NCBI GenBank assembly: GCA_019721075.1
Contig: JAHEAD010000006.1
Span: 1-64,000, forward strand
Length of the DNA: 64,000 bases
From: Candidatus Sysuiplasma jiujiangense
Lineage (GTDB): Archaea; Thermoplasmatota; Thermoplasmata; Sysuiplasmatales; Sysuiplasmataceae
Direction: 5' to 3'
Under the pieces are notes generated by a model. That model was not told where the DNA came from, ran no database searches, and was given only the letters and a program-made list of their open reading frames with translations. The position numbers and the translations under genes are program-made. Below are positions 1 through 9,431 of this stretch, in pieces. Position 1 is the stretch's first letter, and each line of letters opens with the position of its first letter.

Positions 1-143
1 TATACTACTAACTATTTAGACTCTTCGGTCCGAGCACACTGGCAATTCAAAAATCGAATCAAAAACGCTTATTTTCCTAACCCTTTATGGCCGCCATAGA
101 AGCGCCCGATAACTTTATAGGTATCGATAATATCCGATACATT

Positions 144-551
144 ATGGAATATCGGCATAAGAGGACATCTATATCCCTTCTCAATCTCCATTTTGTATGA
201 TGCCCGAAGTACAGGAGGCATCTGCTCACGGGCAAAATCAGGGAACGCCTTGAGAAAGTTATTAAAGACGTCGCCGCCTGGCATGCATGGGAAATCATCG
301 CGATGGAAATCATGCCGGACCACGTCCATCTCTTTGTTTCCGTGGACCCGCTGATATCACCGCACCGCGCGGTGAAGGCGTTCAAGGGACGCAGTTCAAG
401 GGTGCTGCGCACGGAATTCCCGGAATTGCGCAGGATGAACACATTATGGACACGCTCTTATTTTGTGGCTTCGGCAGGAAACGCATTGTCCGAAACGATA
501 CAGAAATACATAGAACAGCAGTGGGAACATGGAACTCCGAAAAACGATTAA
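144..551 (+). pseudogene. tnpA: IS200/IS605 Y1 (HUH) transposase with premature stop
   Basis: From ATG 144 the frame reads MEYRHKRTSISLLNLHFV*CPKYRR...MPDHVHLF...LWTRSYF...YIEQQ. TGA at 198-200 replaces the conserved Trp of the HxxWxPKYR motif. This frame continues into ORF 303..551. Confidence 0.9.
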
Positions 552-1614
552 GCTCACGCCCAATGGACTGACAAAGACCAAAGAAGCCATGCTCGGGCAG
601 GAATACGATGCATGGCTCGCATGCCTGCGTTATGGGGACAGCGCCGATGTGCCACTCTATTCGGCGACGAAACAGCAGGCGACGATACTCCGGCACAGAC
701 TGAAGAAGCGGTTCAGCATGACCAGGAACTATCCGATGGTCCTCAGGAACGATGTCATAAAGCTGGAGAAGGCGAGGAACGCGGAATGGAGCAGGTGGTG
801 GTTCAGAGTGCCCGTGAAGGCCATCAGGGGCGGACTGTGGTGTCCCGTGACGATGGCCCCGGCACATGAGGAACTGCTCGCCGATGCTTCAATCAAGATA
901 CGCGAGGCAAAGCTCATCAGAAAGAGGAATCACTGGTCCGTGCATGTCGTGCTGCAGAAGGATGTACAGGCACCGGACATTGACGCTTATCCCAACATAC
1001 TTGCCATAGACATGGGTGAGATGAATCCGGCCACTGCCGTGCTGATGGCCCCGGGTTCATCGGTGAGGCCTGTATTTTATGGCAGGAAGGTGAGGGGGAT
1101 AAGACGCCATCATGCATGGCTGCGGACAGCACTGCAGGAGAAACGTGCGTTCCGCACGGTGAAGAAGGTGAAAGACAGGGAAGCGCGCAGAGTCGCGGCA
1201 CTGCTGCATAATGCGGCGAAGGATATCGTTGCGGTTGCGAAGGAGACGTCGGCAACAATCGTCATAGGCGATTTCACCGGCGGGCACCGTGATACTGGCA
1301 GGGGCAGGAGGTTCAACCGTATGGTCAACTCCATGCCCTTCCACAGCCTGATGTCCATGATAGAGTACAAGGCGATGTGGCAGGATGTGCCCGTTGTCTA
1401 TGTGGGCGAGGCATACACCTCGCAGGAATGCCATGTCTGCCATGCCATGGGAAGGAGAAGGACACGGTCATCCTTCGAATGCTCTGCGTGCGGATGGCGC
1501 GGAAATGCCGATATGAACGGCGCTCTCAACATAGGGCAGCGTTGGGAGAGGTTACAGCGGCTGGTCGGCTGGAACGGGGCTGACTCGACACAGTCCATGA
1601 ACCCGGCGGTGTGA
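529..1614 (+). CDS. tnpB: RNA-guided endonuclease TnpB family protein
   Basis: 361 aa. RuvC-I LAIDMG, zinc finger CHVC...CSACG, RuvC-III NADMNGALNI, YTSQ motif; adjacent to tnpA. Confidence 0.95.
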   Translation: MELRKTIKLTPNGLTKTKEAMLGQEYDAWLACLRYGDSADVPLYSATKQQATILRHRLKKRFSMTRNYPMVLRNDVIKLEKARNAEWSRWWFRVPVKAIRGGLWCPVTMAPAHEELLADASIKIREAKLIRKRNHWSVHVVLQKDVQAPDIDAYPNILAIDMGEMNPATAVLMAPGSSVRPVFYGRKVRGIRRHHAWLRTALQEKRAFRTVKKVKDREARRVAALLHNAAKDIVAVAKETSATIVIGDFTGGHRDTGRGRRFNRMVNSMPFHSLMSMIEYKAMWQDVPVVYVGEAYTSQECHVCHAMGRRRTRSSFECSACGWRGNADMNGALNIGQRWERLQRLVGWNGADSTQSMNPAV

Positions 1615-1693
1615 TATCCGTGGAGGATGGACTTAACGGGAACCCCACGAATTTATTCGTGGGAGGATGTCAGTAAGGCCAATCTGTATGCAG
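1500..1693 (+). ncRNA. Putative TnpB omegaRNA (reRNA) with flanking-DNA guide; boundaries approximate
   Basis: Inferred from the established IS200/IS605 layout: the scaffold overlaps the tnpB 3' end and the right-end hairpin (1644-1663), and the guide starts after the element end at about 1673. Confidence 0.5.
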
Positions 1694-1773
1694 TTGAAGT
1701 GCATTCTTAACTGAAATATCTGTTTCATGTTTGAGGACTGATGGAATGATGTCATCGGGGAGGTTCCGCTGAT

Positions 1774-2922
1774 TTGAAGATAGTGCAGGTGTCGCCATAC
1801 TATTCCCCTCATCACGGTGGAGTGGAATCGTTTGTGAGGGACATATCTGAAGAGATGACAAAGCGGGGCAATGAGGTCACAGTTCTGACATCGCGGTTCG
1901 ACAGGACGCTTCCTGCCGAAGAGAATTTTCGTAATATGCGGGTTGTGAGGGTGCCGCTCAGGGGGACATTCTTCAGAACACCGTTTCCGAGAAGGCTGGC
2001 CCGTTATCTTGAAGGTGATTTCGACATTATCCATTCCCATACCCCTCCTCCCAGCTTTGCCTACACGACCTCCTCGCGCAGGTACGACGGAAAAGGCGTC
2101 AGGGTCGTGACGTATCATTGCGATTCGGATATACCTTCGAGACTTCTGTCTCCCTTCATAAGGATGGTGGACAGGAGGATGAGCGGGAGGATAATAAGAA
2201 GCGCCGACTGCGTCATCGTCACAACCGAAACATATGCGTCAACTTCCCTGAACACATGGAACATCACGCCTGAAATTGTGCCTGTCAGCGCGAATACGAG
2301 GAGATTCTTTCCGGACCCGGAAGACAGGATAAGGACCAGGCGCAGACTCTCCATCGACAGATACAAAGTTGTCCTTTTTGTAGGAAGACTTGTAAGGCAC
2401 AAGGGAGTTCAGTATCTGGCCGGCGCTATGAGATTTCTGCCTGAGGACTACAGGCTGCTGGTAGTGGGCGACGGTGAATATGCAGCCTCCATAAAGCGGT
2501 ACATACGCATACATTCCCTTGATTCGAAGGTGAAGATGCTGGGCGACATCCCTGACTCTGTTCTTCCGTCTGTTTACAGGGCGTCCGATGTCCTCGTTGT
2601 CCCTTCCACCTCCAGGCTGGAGGCTTTCGGCATATCTGCCATTGAGGCAATGGCAAGCGGCACGCCTGTCGTTGTAAGCGACATACCCGGCGTCAGGGAA
2701 ATCATCTCGGACGGGATCCAGGGCCTGCGCGCCGAACCGATGAATCCGAAGGACATCGCGCTGAAGATCAGGGAAATAACTTCCGACAGGGCAGGCAGGG
2801 ATGAGATGGGTCGCCGGGGTATCGCCAGGTCGAGAGAATTTTCGAGCAGTTCCATCACTGACAGGCTTCTGGCCATATACCGCGGACTGCTGGCGTCAAA
2901 CAACGGCCAGCTCGATCCTTGA
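1774..2922 (+). CDS. Glycosyltransferase family 4 (GT-B)
   Basis: GGVE N-terminal motif, FVGRLVRHKG, EAFGISAIEAMASGTPVV. Confidence 0.92.
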   Translation: MKIVQVSPYYSPHHGGVESFVRDISEEMTKRGNEVTVLTSRFDRTLPAEENFRNMRVVRVPLRGTFFRTPFPRRLARYLEGDFDIIHSHTPPPSFAYTTSSRRYDGKGVRVVTYHCDSDIPSRLLSPFIRMVDRRMSGRIIRSADCVIVTTETYASTSLNTWNITPEIVPVSANTRRFFPDPEDRIRTRRRLSIDRYKVVLFVGRLVRHKGVQYLAGAMRFLPEDYRLLVVGDGEYAASIKRYIRIHSLDSKVKMLGDIPDSVLPSVYRASDVLVVPSTSRLEAFGISAIEAMASGTPVVVSDIPGVREIISDGIQGLRAEPMNPKDIALKIREITSDRAGRDEMGRRGIARSREFSSSSITDRLLAIYRGLLASNNGQLDP

Positions 2923-3306
2923 ACCGTCCTTGCCGAATGCCGCCCAGCTGTCTCTCTCGAACGGATAACCGACAATGATGTGTATCCTTCCGACTGAACT
3001 GAAAAGACGCAGGTCCGGTAGGCTCGGCATTATGTGACCCGAGGGATGCGAATGAACAGTCCCTACGGAGGAGAAACTGCCCAGTATCGAATGGTAATTG
3101 AAGGAGGCAGAGTGAAAATTGCTCTTTGTAGAAGGGATGAGTATGAGTTCGCTTATGATGTCCCCCCTGGCGGCAAGGCCTGCCGCAAATTCGTTGGGCA
3201 GGGAATGCCTGGACGCCTCCATGATGGATTCGAGGAGTTCGCCGTTTATGCTCTTCACCGTGGCGGACGCCCTGCGCGCAACACGTCTCCTGCTGAACAC
3301 CGGCAT
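2896..3306 (-). CDS. JAMM/MPN+ (Mov34) metalloprotease
   Basis: PNE...GTVHSHPSGHIMPSLPD matches E-x-HxH-x7-S-x2-D. Confidence 0.88.
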   Translation of the reverse strand: MPVFSRRRVARRASATVKSINGELLESIMEASRHSLPNEFAAGLAARGDIISELILIPSTKSNFHSASFNYHSILGSFSSVGTVHSHPSGHIMPSLPDLRLFSSVGRIHIIVGYPFERDSWAAFGKDGSRIELAVV

Positions 3307-3312
3307 CGCCTT

Positions 3313-4110
3313 TCAGCCCGTCAGCTTTGTGTGTATGCGGTGATAGAAATCGCGGTCAAAACTGACAAATTTCGCCTTTTTTTCCGATACAGAAAAATCA
3401 ATCTTTTCCTCTCCCCTGAGAAAACGCCTCACATGCCCGTCTATGACAAGGACACAGCGCCTTCCGCCTTCGACGGAAAGGTGGATTGTGGATGTGTCGC
3501 CTGCTACAATCGGTCTTGATGATATGCCATATGGCGCGATGGGAGAAAGAACAAGGACCGATGCGGAAGGGTCAACAATCGGTCCGCCGGCAGCAAGGGA
3601 ATAGGATGTCGAGCCGGTCGGAGTCGAGATGATGATGCCGTCCGATTTCACCAGGCCGACACTGCTTCCGTCTATCTTAAGATTGAAATGTCTCACATTG
3701 CCGGGATCGGCGCCTGTTACCACCGCCTCGTTGACCGCATCCTCCAATCTGGCACCGTCGACAATCGTTTTCAGCTTCAGTTTCTCCTCTATCCGGTACT
3801 TCCCCTTCATCAGCAGATTTACCGCTTTTTTCACTTCCCCCTTTCCCACTTCTGTAAGGAAACCGACGTCGCCGGCATTTATACCGAGCACGGGTCCATC
3901 ATACCGCATGAGGGATTTCAGCATCGTCCCGTCGCCACCTACTACGATGAGTATCTCCGCCCTGATGTCCTCGAGTTTCCTGCCCTTCTTTCTAAACTGG
4001 CGGGCTGTTTCCGCTTCGAGCTCAACCTTTCCGTCAAGCAGCCTGTATATCTCCGCTGCGACAGCGCGTGCATCGGGAATGGAGGAATTGGCATACAGGG
4101 CGATGTTCAA
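3313..4110 (-). CDS. nadK: NAD(+) kinase
   Basis: GGDGT, GINAGDVGFL, NE and DG..STPTGSTSYSLAAGGP motifs. Confidence 0.95.
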   Translation of the reverse strand: MNIALYANSSIPDARAVAAEIYRLLDGKVELEAETARQFRKKGRKLEDIRAEILIVVGGDGTMLKSLMRYDGPVLGINAGDVGFLTEVGKGEVKKAVNLLMKGKYRIEEKLKLKTIVDGARLEDAVNEAVVTGADPGNVRHFNLKIDGSSVGLVKSDGIIISTPTGSTSYSLAAGGPIVDPSASVLVLSPIAPYGISSRPIVAGDTSTIHLSVEGGRRCVLVIDGHVRRFLRGEEKIDFSVSEKKAKFVSFDRDFYHRIHTKLTG

Positions 4111-4880
4111 AGGGCAAACCTCCGCAGTGATCTGTCACCCACTGCTATCAGGGACTTCCTGTCCGTTATGTCAAAGCGCATATCCAGTATGTTTCCCGTC
4201 AGGTCGTATACTTCCCCTCCTGCTTCCCTGAGTATGAGCGATGAGGCTGCTATGTCGACTATCCTGAGTGCATGATGGCTGTCAACAGCCCTCATATAGA
4301 AAACATCCGCCTTTCCAAACGCAACCAGGCACATTTCAAGGGATGCGGAGCCGAGAGATCTGACCATTCCGCTTTTTCTTGAAATATCATACGCGTTGCT
4401 TGACGCATTCGCTCCCATGTAGACGAAAAACATGGAGTCCTTTTCGTTGAACTTCCTCACGTGGATGAGTTCATCGTTCCTGAATGCGCCCTTCCCCTTC
4501 TCGGCATAGAAGGTGTCCCCCGTCACAAGATTCATTACCAGGCCGTACTTGACTGAGGAAAGCGAACCGGTGCCGACTGCAAGCGACACGGAATAGAATG
4601 GAACTCCATGAATCAGATTTAGGCTTCCGTCGATAGGATCGAGCACAAGCGTCTGCTCTGATTTCCTGTCAACGAAGGGCGATTCTTCGCTGAGTATGTT
4701 TATGTTCAGGCCCAGTCCCTCCGCCTTCCTGAAAGCTGCCGCCTCTGCCGCGACATCCGCCGCATAGCTCGGCTGGCCGTCGGCGCCCTTTCCTGCGACC
4801 TCTCCGGTTCCGTCCTTGTCCGCGATCGCCCTTACCGCATCTTTCACGCTTTCGGCGATTTCCCTGAGTTCATTTTTCAC
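4107..4880 (-). CDS. suhB: Inositol monophosphatase / fructose-1,6-bisphosphatase
   Basis: LSEE, LDPIDGS, RSLGSASL and DIAAS motifs; overlaps the nadK start. Confidence 0.9.
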   Translation of the reverse strand: MKNELREIAESVKDAVRAIADKDGTGEVAGKGADGQPSYAADVAAEAAAFRKAEGLGLNINILSEESPFVDRKSEQTLVLDPIDGSLNLIHGVPFYSVSLAVGTGSLSSVKYGLVMNLVTGDTFYAEKGKGAFRNDELIHVRKFNEKDSMFFVYMGANASSNAYDISRKSGMVRSLGSASLEMCLVAFGKADVFYMRAVDSHHALRIVDIAASSLILREAGGEVYDLTGNILDMRFDITDRKSLIAVGDRSLRRFAL

Positions 4881-4990
4881 GCTCTCATATCCGCTTCACT
4901 GGTTAAATCCTTTGCACGGATATTTCTTCCGCCCATCCGCCTTCTTTGGAAGGCATCTTCATTAATGTGAAATGACAATCGACCAGAGGC

Positions 4991-5638
4991 ATGCAGGCGA
5001 ACGGCAGTATTGCAAGGATAGGCGGCAGGCTTTACACTAAGAACAGCAGGCCTGGCTGGTCGCTCGGCAGAGAACGGCTCGAGATGCTCGGTGGAAACGA
5101 GTACAGGGAGTGGGATCCTTACAGAAGCAAACTTTCGGCCTATCTCGAATGCGGCGGAAAGCACTTTCCGTTCGACGAGTTCAGCAGGACGCTCTATCTC
5201 GGTGCAGCGGCAGGCACGACTGCAAGCCATGTTGCCGACATATCGCCTTCTGGAAAAGTCTACTGCATCGAAAAGGCGTTCGGGCCGTATTCGAAGCTTG
5301 CAGGCGTGTGCTCTCTCCACGATAATATGGTGCCCGTGATGTGCGATGCAAACCGTCCGGAGAGTTATGAAATGCTTGTCGAAAATCCGCAGATACTCTA
5401 CCAGGATATAGCGCAGAAGAACCTGATTGAAATATTTATCAGGAATGCACGCCATTTTCCGTCTCTCAGGCACTTCTTCGTTGTGGTAAAGAGCAGATCG
5501 GTAGACTCATCGGCGGACCCTGTCCTGATATTCAAATCATCGGCGGAACGGCTGACGGCGGAATTCGGCTGCAGGCCGGAGATCGTTGATATCTCTGCAT
5601 TTGAAAAAGACCATGCGGTAATTGCATTCGGCAGGTAA
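4991..5638 (+). CDS. flpA: Fibrillarin-like rRNA/tRNA 2'-O-methyltransferase
   Basis: YREWDPYRSKLSA, LYLGAAAGTTASHVADI, YQDIAQ, FEKDH. Confidence 0.93.
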   Translation: MQANGSIARIGGRLYTKNSRPGWSLGRERLEMLGGNEYREWDPYRSKLSAYLECGGKHFPFDEFSRTLYLGAAAGTTASHVADISPSGKVYCIEKAFGPYSKLAGVCSLHDNMVPVMCDANRPESYEMLVENPQILYQDIAQKNLIEIFIRNARHFPSLRHFFVVVKSRSVDSSADPVLIFKSSAERLTAEFGCRPEIVDISAFEKDHAVIAFGR

Positions 5639-5737
5639 GGGACAGCGGGATATGCGGAATAATATGATTCTGATCTTTTTATATGCATCTCCTATTATAA
5701 TGGAACGGCATACATTGCCTGGGCGTGAAAATGTAAA

Positions 5738-5962
5738 ATGTTCGGTTCGGATGCTGACAGGATAGAAAGGAAGATCAAGAGGCTTAATGCAATAAGGGCC
5801 GAATATGAAGCCGACCTTGCCGACCTGAAGAAGAGACTCAGGGACGACAAGATAAGCAGGGAGAAATATGAACACCTCCGCGGTCTTACCCAGATGAGGG
5901 TTGACAGGCTCGTATCCAGGATCAAGGAACTCAGGCAGAAGAAGGAAAGACTGAATTCATAA
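5738..5962 (+). CDS. Small charged helical hypothetical protein
   Basis: 74 aa, K/R/E-rich with a heptad pattern; AT-rich promoter-like region upstream. Confidence 0.7.
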   Translation: MFGSDADRIERKIKRLNAIRAEYEADLADLKKRLRDDKISREKYEHLRGLTQMRVDRLVSRIKELRQKKERLNS

Positions 5963-6703
5963 CCTCCCGGATGCCTCGCGAAGCATCCATTCGAAGTCCG
6001 TCACCGTGGATTCTGTGAATTTAACGCCCCTTCTGCCCAGTTCCTTCGATGTTTCCTCACCTATGGATATGACGGTACATCCCTCCAGTCCGGACCTGAA
6101 CCGATCTTCCACTCCAACGGAAGCGGCAGCGTAAAATACGCTCCTGACAACCATGCTGCTCGTGAACGGCACTACAAACTTTTCGCCGGCCACAATCGCC
6201 CTGATTGCACACTCCAGTGCCGGGCTCCTGCGGACAGGCACTATTCTGTAGAGGGGTATCTCGTGCACCGCAATCCCCTCCTCCCCCAGCCTTTTGCGCA
6301 GCAGGCCGTTTCCCGACGAACTCCTGAACACCGTGACTGCTCTGCATTCCCTGTGGACTGAAAGAATGTGGGACGCAACCCCCTCGGAGGAATGCCTTGC
6401 AGGCACCTCAGGTTCAACGCTCATCCTGCGGAGTTCGGCGGCTGTCGTATCGCCGACGGCAATCACGGGCATATGTGCCAGACGCCCGCTGAATGAGCAT
6501 AGCTCGCGGAGCAGGAGGACCGAACGCCTGCTCATGAACACCGTGGCGCACGAATCCTCCACAGCTGCCCTTATTGCCGTAACATCTGCTTCGAGGCGAA
6601 TGATGGAAATTGCGGGCGCAGTCACCGGCTCAAAACCGAGTCTCAGCGCTATTTCGGCGGATGCCGCGGTCTCCTCCTCCGGTCTCAGGATTAATACACG
6701 CAT
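5957..6703 (-). CDS. hemD: Uroporphyrinogen-III synthase
   Basis: VLILRP, AVGDTTA, FTSS and SIGEETS motifs; last gene of the hem cluster. Confidence 0.85.
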   Translation of the reverse strand: MRVLILRPEEETAASAEIALRLGFEPVTAPAISIIRLEADVTAIRAAVEDSCATVFMSRRSVLLLRELCSFSGRLAHMPVIAVGDTTAAELRRMSVEPEVPARHSSEGVASHILSVHRECRAVTVFRSSSGNGLLRKRLGEEGIAVHEIPLYRIVPVRRSPALECAIRAIVAGEKFVVPFTSSMVVRSVFYAAASVGVEDRFRSGLEGCTVISIGEETSKELGRRGVKFTESTVTDFEWMLREASGRL

Positions 6704-6709
6704 GTACAG

Positions 6710-7450
6710 TCAACCCAGTTCCCTGACATATTTTACCGACTCCCCGACAACAATCAGCCCCGGCGAATCCGATTCCCCAGGCGAGAAGGAAGAGGGAAGC
6801 CCTTCCAGGTCGGTGACGACCACATGCTGCGATTTGAGCGAGGCGTTGAAAATGACCGCAACCGGCGTGCGTCCCGGAAAACCGTGTTCCCTGAGTTTTT
6901 CCGCTATGTACCCGGCTCCGGACAGCCCCATCATGAATACTGTTGTCTGACCTGCGACGTTTATGCAGTCCCAGTTGATATCCCCTCCTCCGGGCCCCCT
7001 GGCCGAAAGGATAAGGACGCGATCGGAGACACCCCTCAGGGTAAGCGGCAGGTTCGAAAGACATGGGCCGGCAAGCGCGGAACTCAGACCAGGCACGACC
7101 TCGAAATCTATTCCATGTGATTTAAGAAAAAGTGCTTCTTCCGCTCCGCGTCCGAAGATGAACGGGTCCCCTCCCTTCAGTCTCACAACCTCCTTTCCCG
7201 ATGCCGCGAGCTCTGCCAGAAGATTGTTTATTTCATCCTGCTCCATCCTGTGCTTTCCCCTTCTCTTTCCGGCATTGATCAGTTTCGCATCCACCCGTGC
7301 GAAAGACAGTGTCTCTTCTCCGACCAGTGCATCATGGACAATATATGATGCCCCCTCAATGAGTCTCTTCGCCCTCACTGTCAGCAGCTCGGGATCTCCC
7401 GGCCCTGCGCCGACAATGTAGACCTTCCCCTTCCCTTCCCGTTCAGACAT
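6710..7450 (-). CDS. cobA: Uroporphyrinogen-III C-methyltransferase
   Basis: VYIVGAGPGDPELLT, VVRLKGGDPFIFGRG; start placed at ATG 7450 (MSEREGKGK). Confidence 0.93.
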   Translation of the reverse strand: MSEREGKGKVYIVGAGPGDPELLTVRAKRLIEGASYIVHDALVGEETLSFARVDAKLINAGKRRGKHRMEQDEINNLLAELAASGKEVVRLKGGDPFIFGRGAEEALFLKSHGIDFEVVPGLSSALAGPCLSNLPLTLRGVSDRVLILSARGPGGGDINWDCINVAGQTTVFMMGLSGAGYIAEKLREHGFPGRTPVAVIFNASLKSQHVVVTDLEGLPSSFSPGESDSPGLIVVGESVKYVRELG

Positions 7451-8339
7451 GAAACAGATCCCCCAGCTTCTCCCTTGCAATCGGCCTGAAATCGGAAAGG
7501 ATCGAGCCCGTGCCGTCACCCGTTCTCACAGTTCTTGTGAGCCTTGCTTCGGAGGAGCCGTCCGGGGACAGCATCTGGATCCTTACCGTGTATCCGCGTC
7601 CGAAGGAGACTGCACTTATGCCCAGCGGCGAGTTGCAGCCGGCGCTCAGCGCGCGGAGAAGCGCACGCTCTATCTCAATCTCGCCGATGCACTGCCTGTC
7701 CGTTGCCCTCTCCCTTACACTCCTTTCCAGATAGCCTCTTCTGCAGACAACCGCAATCGCCCCCTGTCCTGCGGCGGGGACGAAGTAATCCAGGGAAAGC
7801 GGATACATGCGTATGCCGTCCGGCGGAACAAACTTCAGCCTTTCCAGTCCTGCCATAGCGAGCAGCGCTGCGTCTACCCTTCCTTGGACCACCGCATCTG
7901 TCCTTGTGCCTACGTTGCCCCTCAGCGGCCGGATCATGATATCGCGCCTTAACCTGAGTGCCTGTGCCGCACGCCTCTGACTCGATGTCCCTATCCTTGA
8001 ACCTGTGGGGAGCCTGAAGAACGGGCCCGGGCCGAGCAGGCAGTCGAGCCTGCTGCCCCTCCTGGGGACAACAGCTATCTCGAGCTCCTGCGAAATGTCG
8101 GCAGGTAAATCCTTGAGGCTGTGAACACCGATATCTATTTCGCCATTAATTATCATGCTGTTTATCCTGTCGGCAAAGGACCCTTCAGCCGGGTTGAAAC
8201 GTTTCTTCTTCTCGTCCCCGCTTGTTCTTACGGCATTCAGCTGAAACTTTTCGTCAATGCCTGCTGATGCGAGGCATTCGAGCGCGATCCTGGTCTGGGT
8301 CATCGCCAGTTCGCTTCCCCTGGCACCGACTCTGATGAT
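7443..8339 (-). CDS. hemC: Hydroxymethylbilane synthase (start codon atypical)
   Basis: VHSLKDLP, GTSSQRR, LRGNVGTR, PAAGQG, AGCNSP. The conserved N-terminus IIRVGARGSELA lies at 8339-8304, upstream of the first ATG (8303). Confidence 0.92.
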   Translation of the reverse strand: MIRVGARGSELAMTQTRIALECLASAGIDEKFQLNAVRTSGDEKKKRFNPAEGSFADRINSMIINGEIDIGVHSLKDLPADISQELEIAVVPRRGSRLDCLLGPGPFFRLPTGSRIGTSSQRRAAQALRLRRDIMIRPLRGNVGTRTDAVVQGRVDAALLAMAGLERLKFVPPDGIRMYPLSLDYFVPAAGQGAIAVVCRRGYLERSVRERATDRQCIGEIEIERALLRALSAGCNSPLGISAVSFGRGYTVRIQMLSPDGSSEARLTRTVRTGDGTGSILSDFRPIAREKLGDLFHV

Positions 8340-9320
8340 TCAGATCACACCCTCTTTCTGCCAGTGCGCGTACTCCACGGCATGGTATGTTACCACAAGG
8401 TCGGCGCCTGCCCGGAAAATTGCGGTGAGCAGCTCATGCACCGCTCCCCTGTAATTCATCCAGCCGTTACCGGCACACGCGCTGATCATGGCGTACTCGC
8501 CGCTTACGTTGTATGCCGCAATCGGGACACTGAACTTATCCCTTGCCCTGGCTATGATGTCGAGACCGGTGAGCGCCGGCTTCACCATCACGATATCAGC
8601 TCCCTCCTCAATGTCCGTCTCCATCTCCCTTATGTGTTCGGTCCTGCTCGCAAAGTTGAGCTGATATTCCCTCCTGTCTCCGAATGAAGGGGTGCTTTCC
8701 GCCGCAACCCTGAAAGGATCATAGAACGAGGATGCAGCCTTTGAGGAATAAGCCATTATGGCTGTTTCTCCAAAGCCTTTGCTGTCAAGCTCTTTTCTTA
8801 TGACGCGGACCTGTCCGTCCATCATTCCGCTCGGAGCTATCATGTCAGCACCGGCGTATGCCTGCGATGCTGCAATTCTGGCATATACCTTCAGTGTTTC
8901 GTCATTCAGGACCTTTCCGTTTCTGACAATACCGCAGTGGCCATGATCAGTGTATTCGCACAGGCAGAGATCGGCAACAACGACAAGACTGCTGTTCTCC
9001 TTCACCTTCCTTATTGCTTTCTGTATGATGCCGTTTCTGTCGAAAGCGCCGCTTCCGTTCCCGTCTTTTCCTGAAGGGATGCCGAACAGCATCACTGCCA
9101 TGACACCAGAGTCTTCCATCTCTGAACATAGATCTGGCAGGCCACTCAGCGGATGCCTGAACTGACCCGGCATTGATGGAACGGGCTCTTTCTTCTTCAG
9201 ATTTGCATCGACAAAAAGGGGATAGATGAGCGATGCTGGAAGCACATGCACCGTGGACAGCATCTGTCTTATGCCTGCCCTGCGCAGCCTTCTCATTCTC
9301 ACTTCAGGGAAAGTTGCCAT
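8340..9320 (-). CDS. hemB: Porphobilinogen synthase (Zn-type)
   Basis: RMRRLR, DLCLCEYTDHGHCG, APSGMMDG, MVKPA, AYNVSGEY. Confidence 0.97.
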   Translation of the reverse strand: MATFPEVRMRRLRRAGIRQMLSTVHVLPASLIYPLFVDANLKKKEPVPSMPGQFRHPLSGLPDLCSEMEDSGVMAVMLFGIPSGKDGNGSGAFDRNGIIQKAIRKVKENSSLVVVADLCLCEYTDHGHCGIVRNGKVLNDETLKVYARIAASQAYAGADMIAPSGMMDGQVRVIRKELDSKGFGETAIMAYSSKAASSFYDPFRVAAESTPSFGDRREYQLNFASRTEHIREMETDIEEGADIVMVKPALTGLDIIARARDKFSVPIAAYNVSGEYAMISACAGNGWMNYRGAVHELLTAIFRAGADLVVTYHAVEYAHWQKEGVI

Positions 9321-9431
9321 CTTATCGTTAACGGCTAAGCCTCAATGCCGATATATAGATGCTTCAATTTCGCAATAGCCGCCAGGCAGGCCTTCTCAAT
9401 TGTTTAATATGAAGGAGGCATTGGCAGGATC

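Larger units (their letters stand above)
70..1673 (+). mobile_element. IS200/IS605-family element (tnpA + tnpB)
   Basis: Y1 transposase overlapping tnpB in the same orientation. Right-end hairpin CCCACGAAT-TT-ATTCGTGGG (1644-1663) is followed by AGGATGTCAG. The left boundary is approximate; a candidate hairpin CTTTATGG-CCG-CCATAGAAG lies at about 83-102. Confidence 0.85.

Noticed and set aside
2896..3306. JAMM protein as part of a CBASS/ubiquitin-like defence system
   Set aside because: It ends a suhB-nadK housekeeping operon, with no E1, E2 or cyclase nearby.
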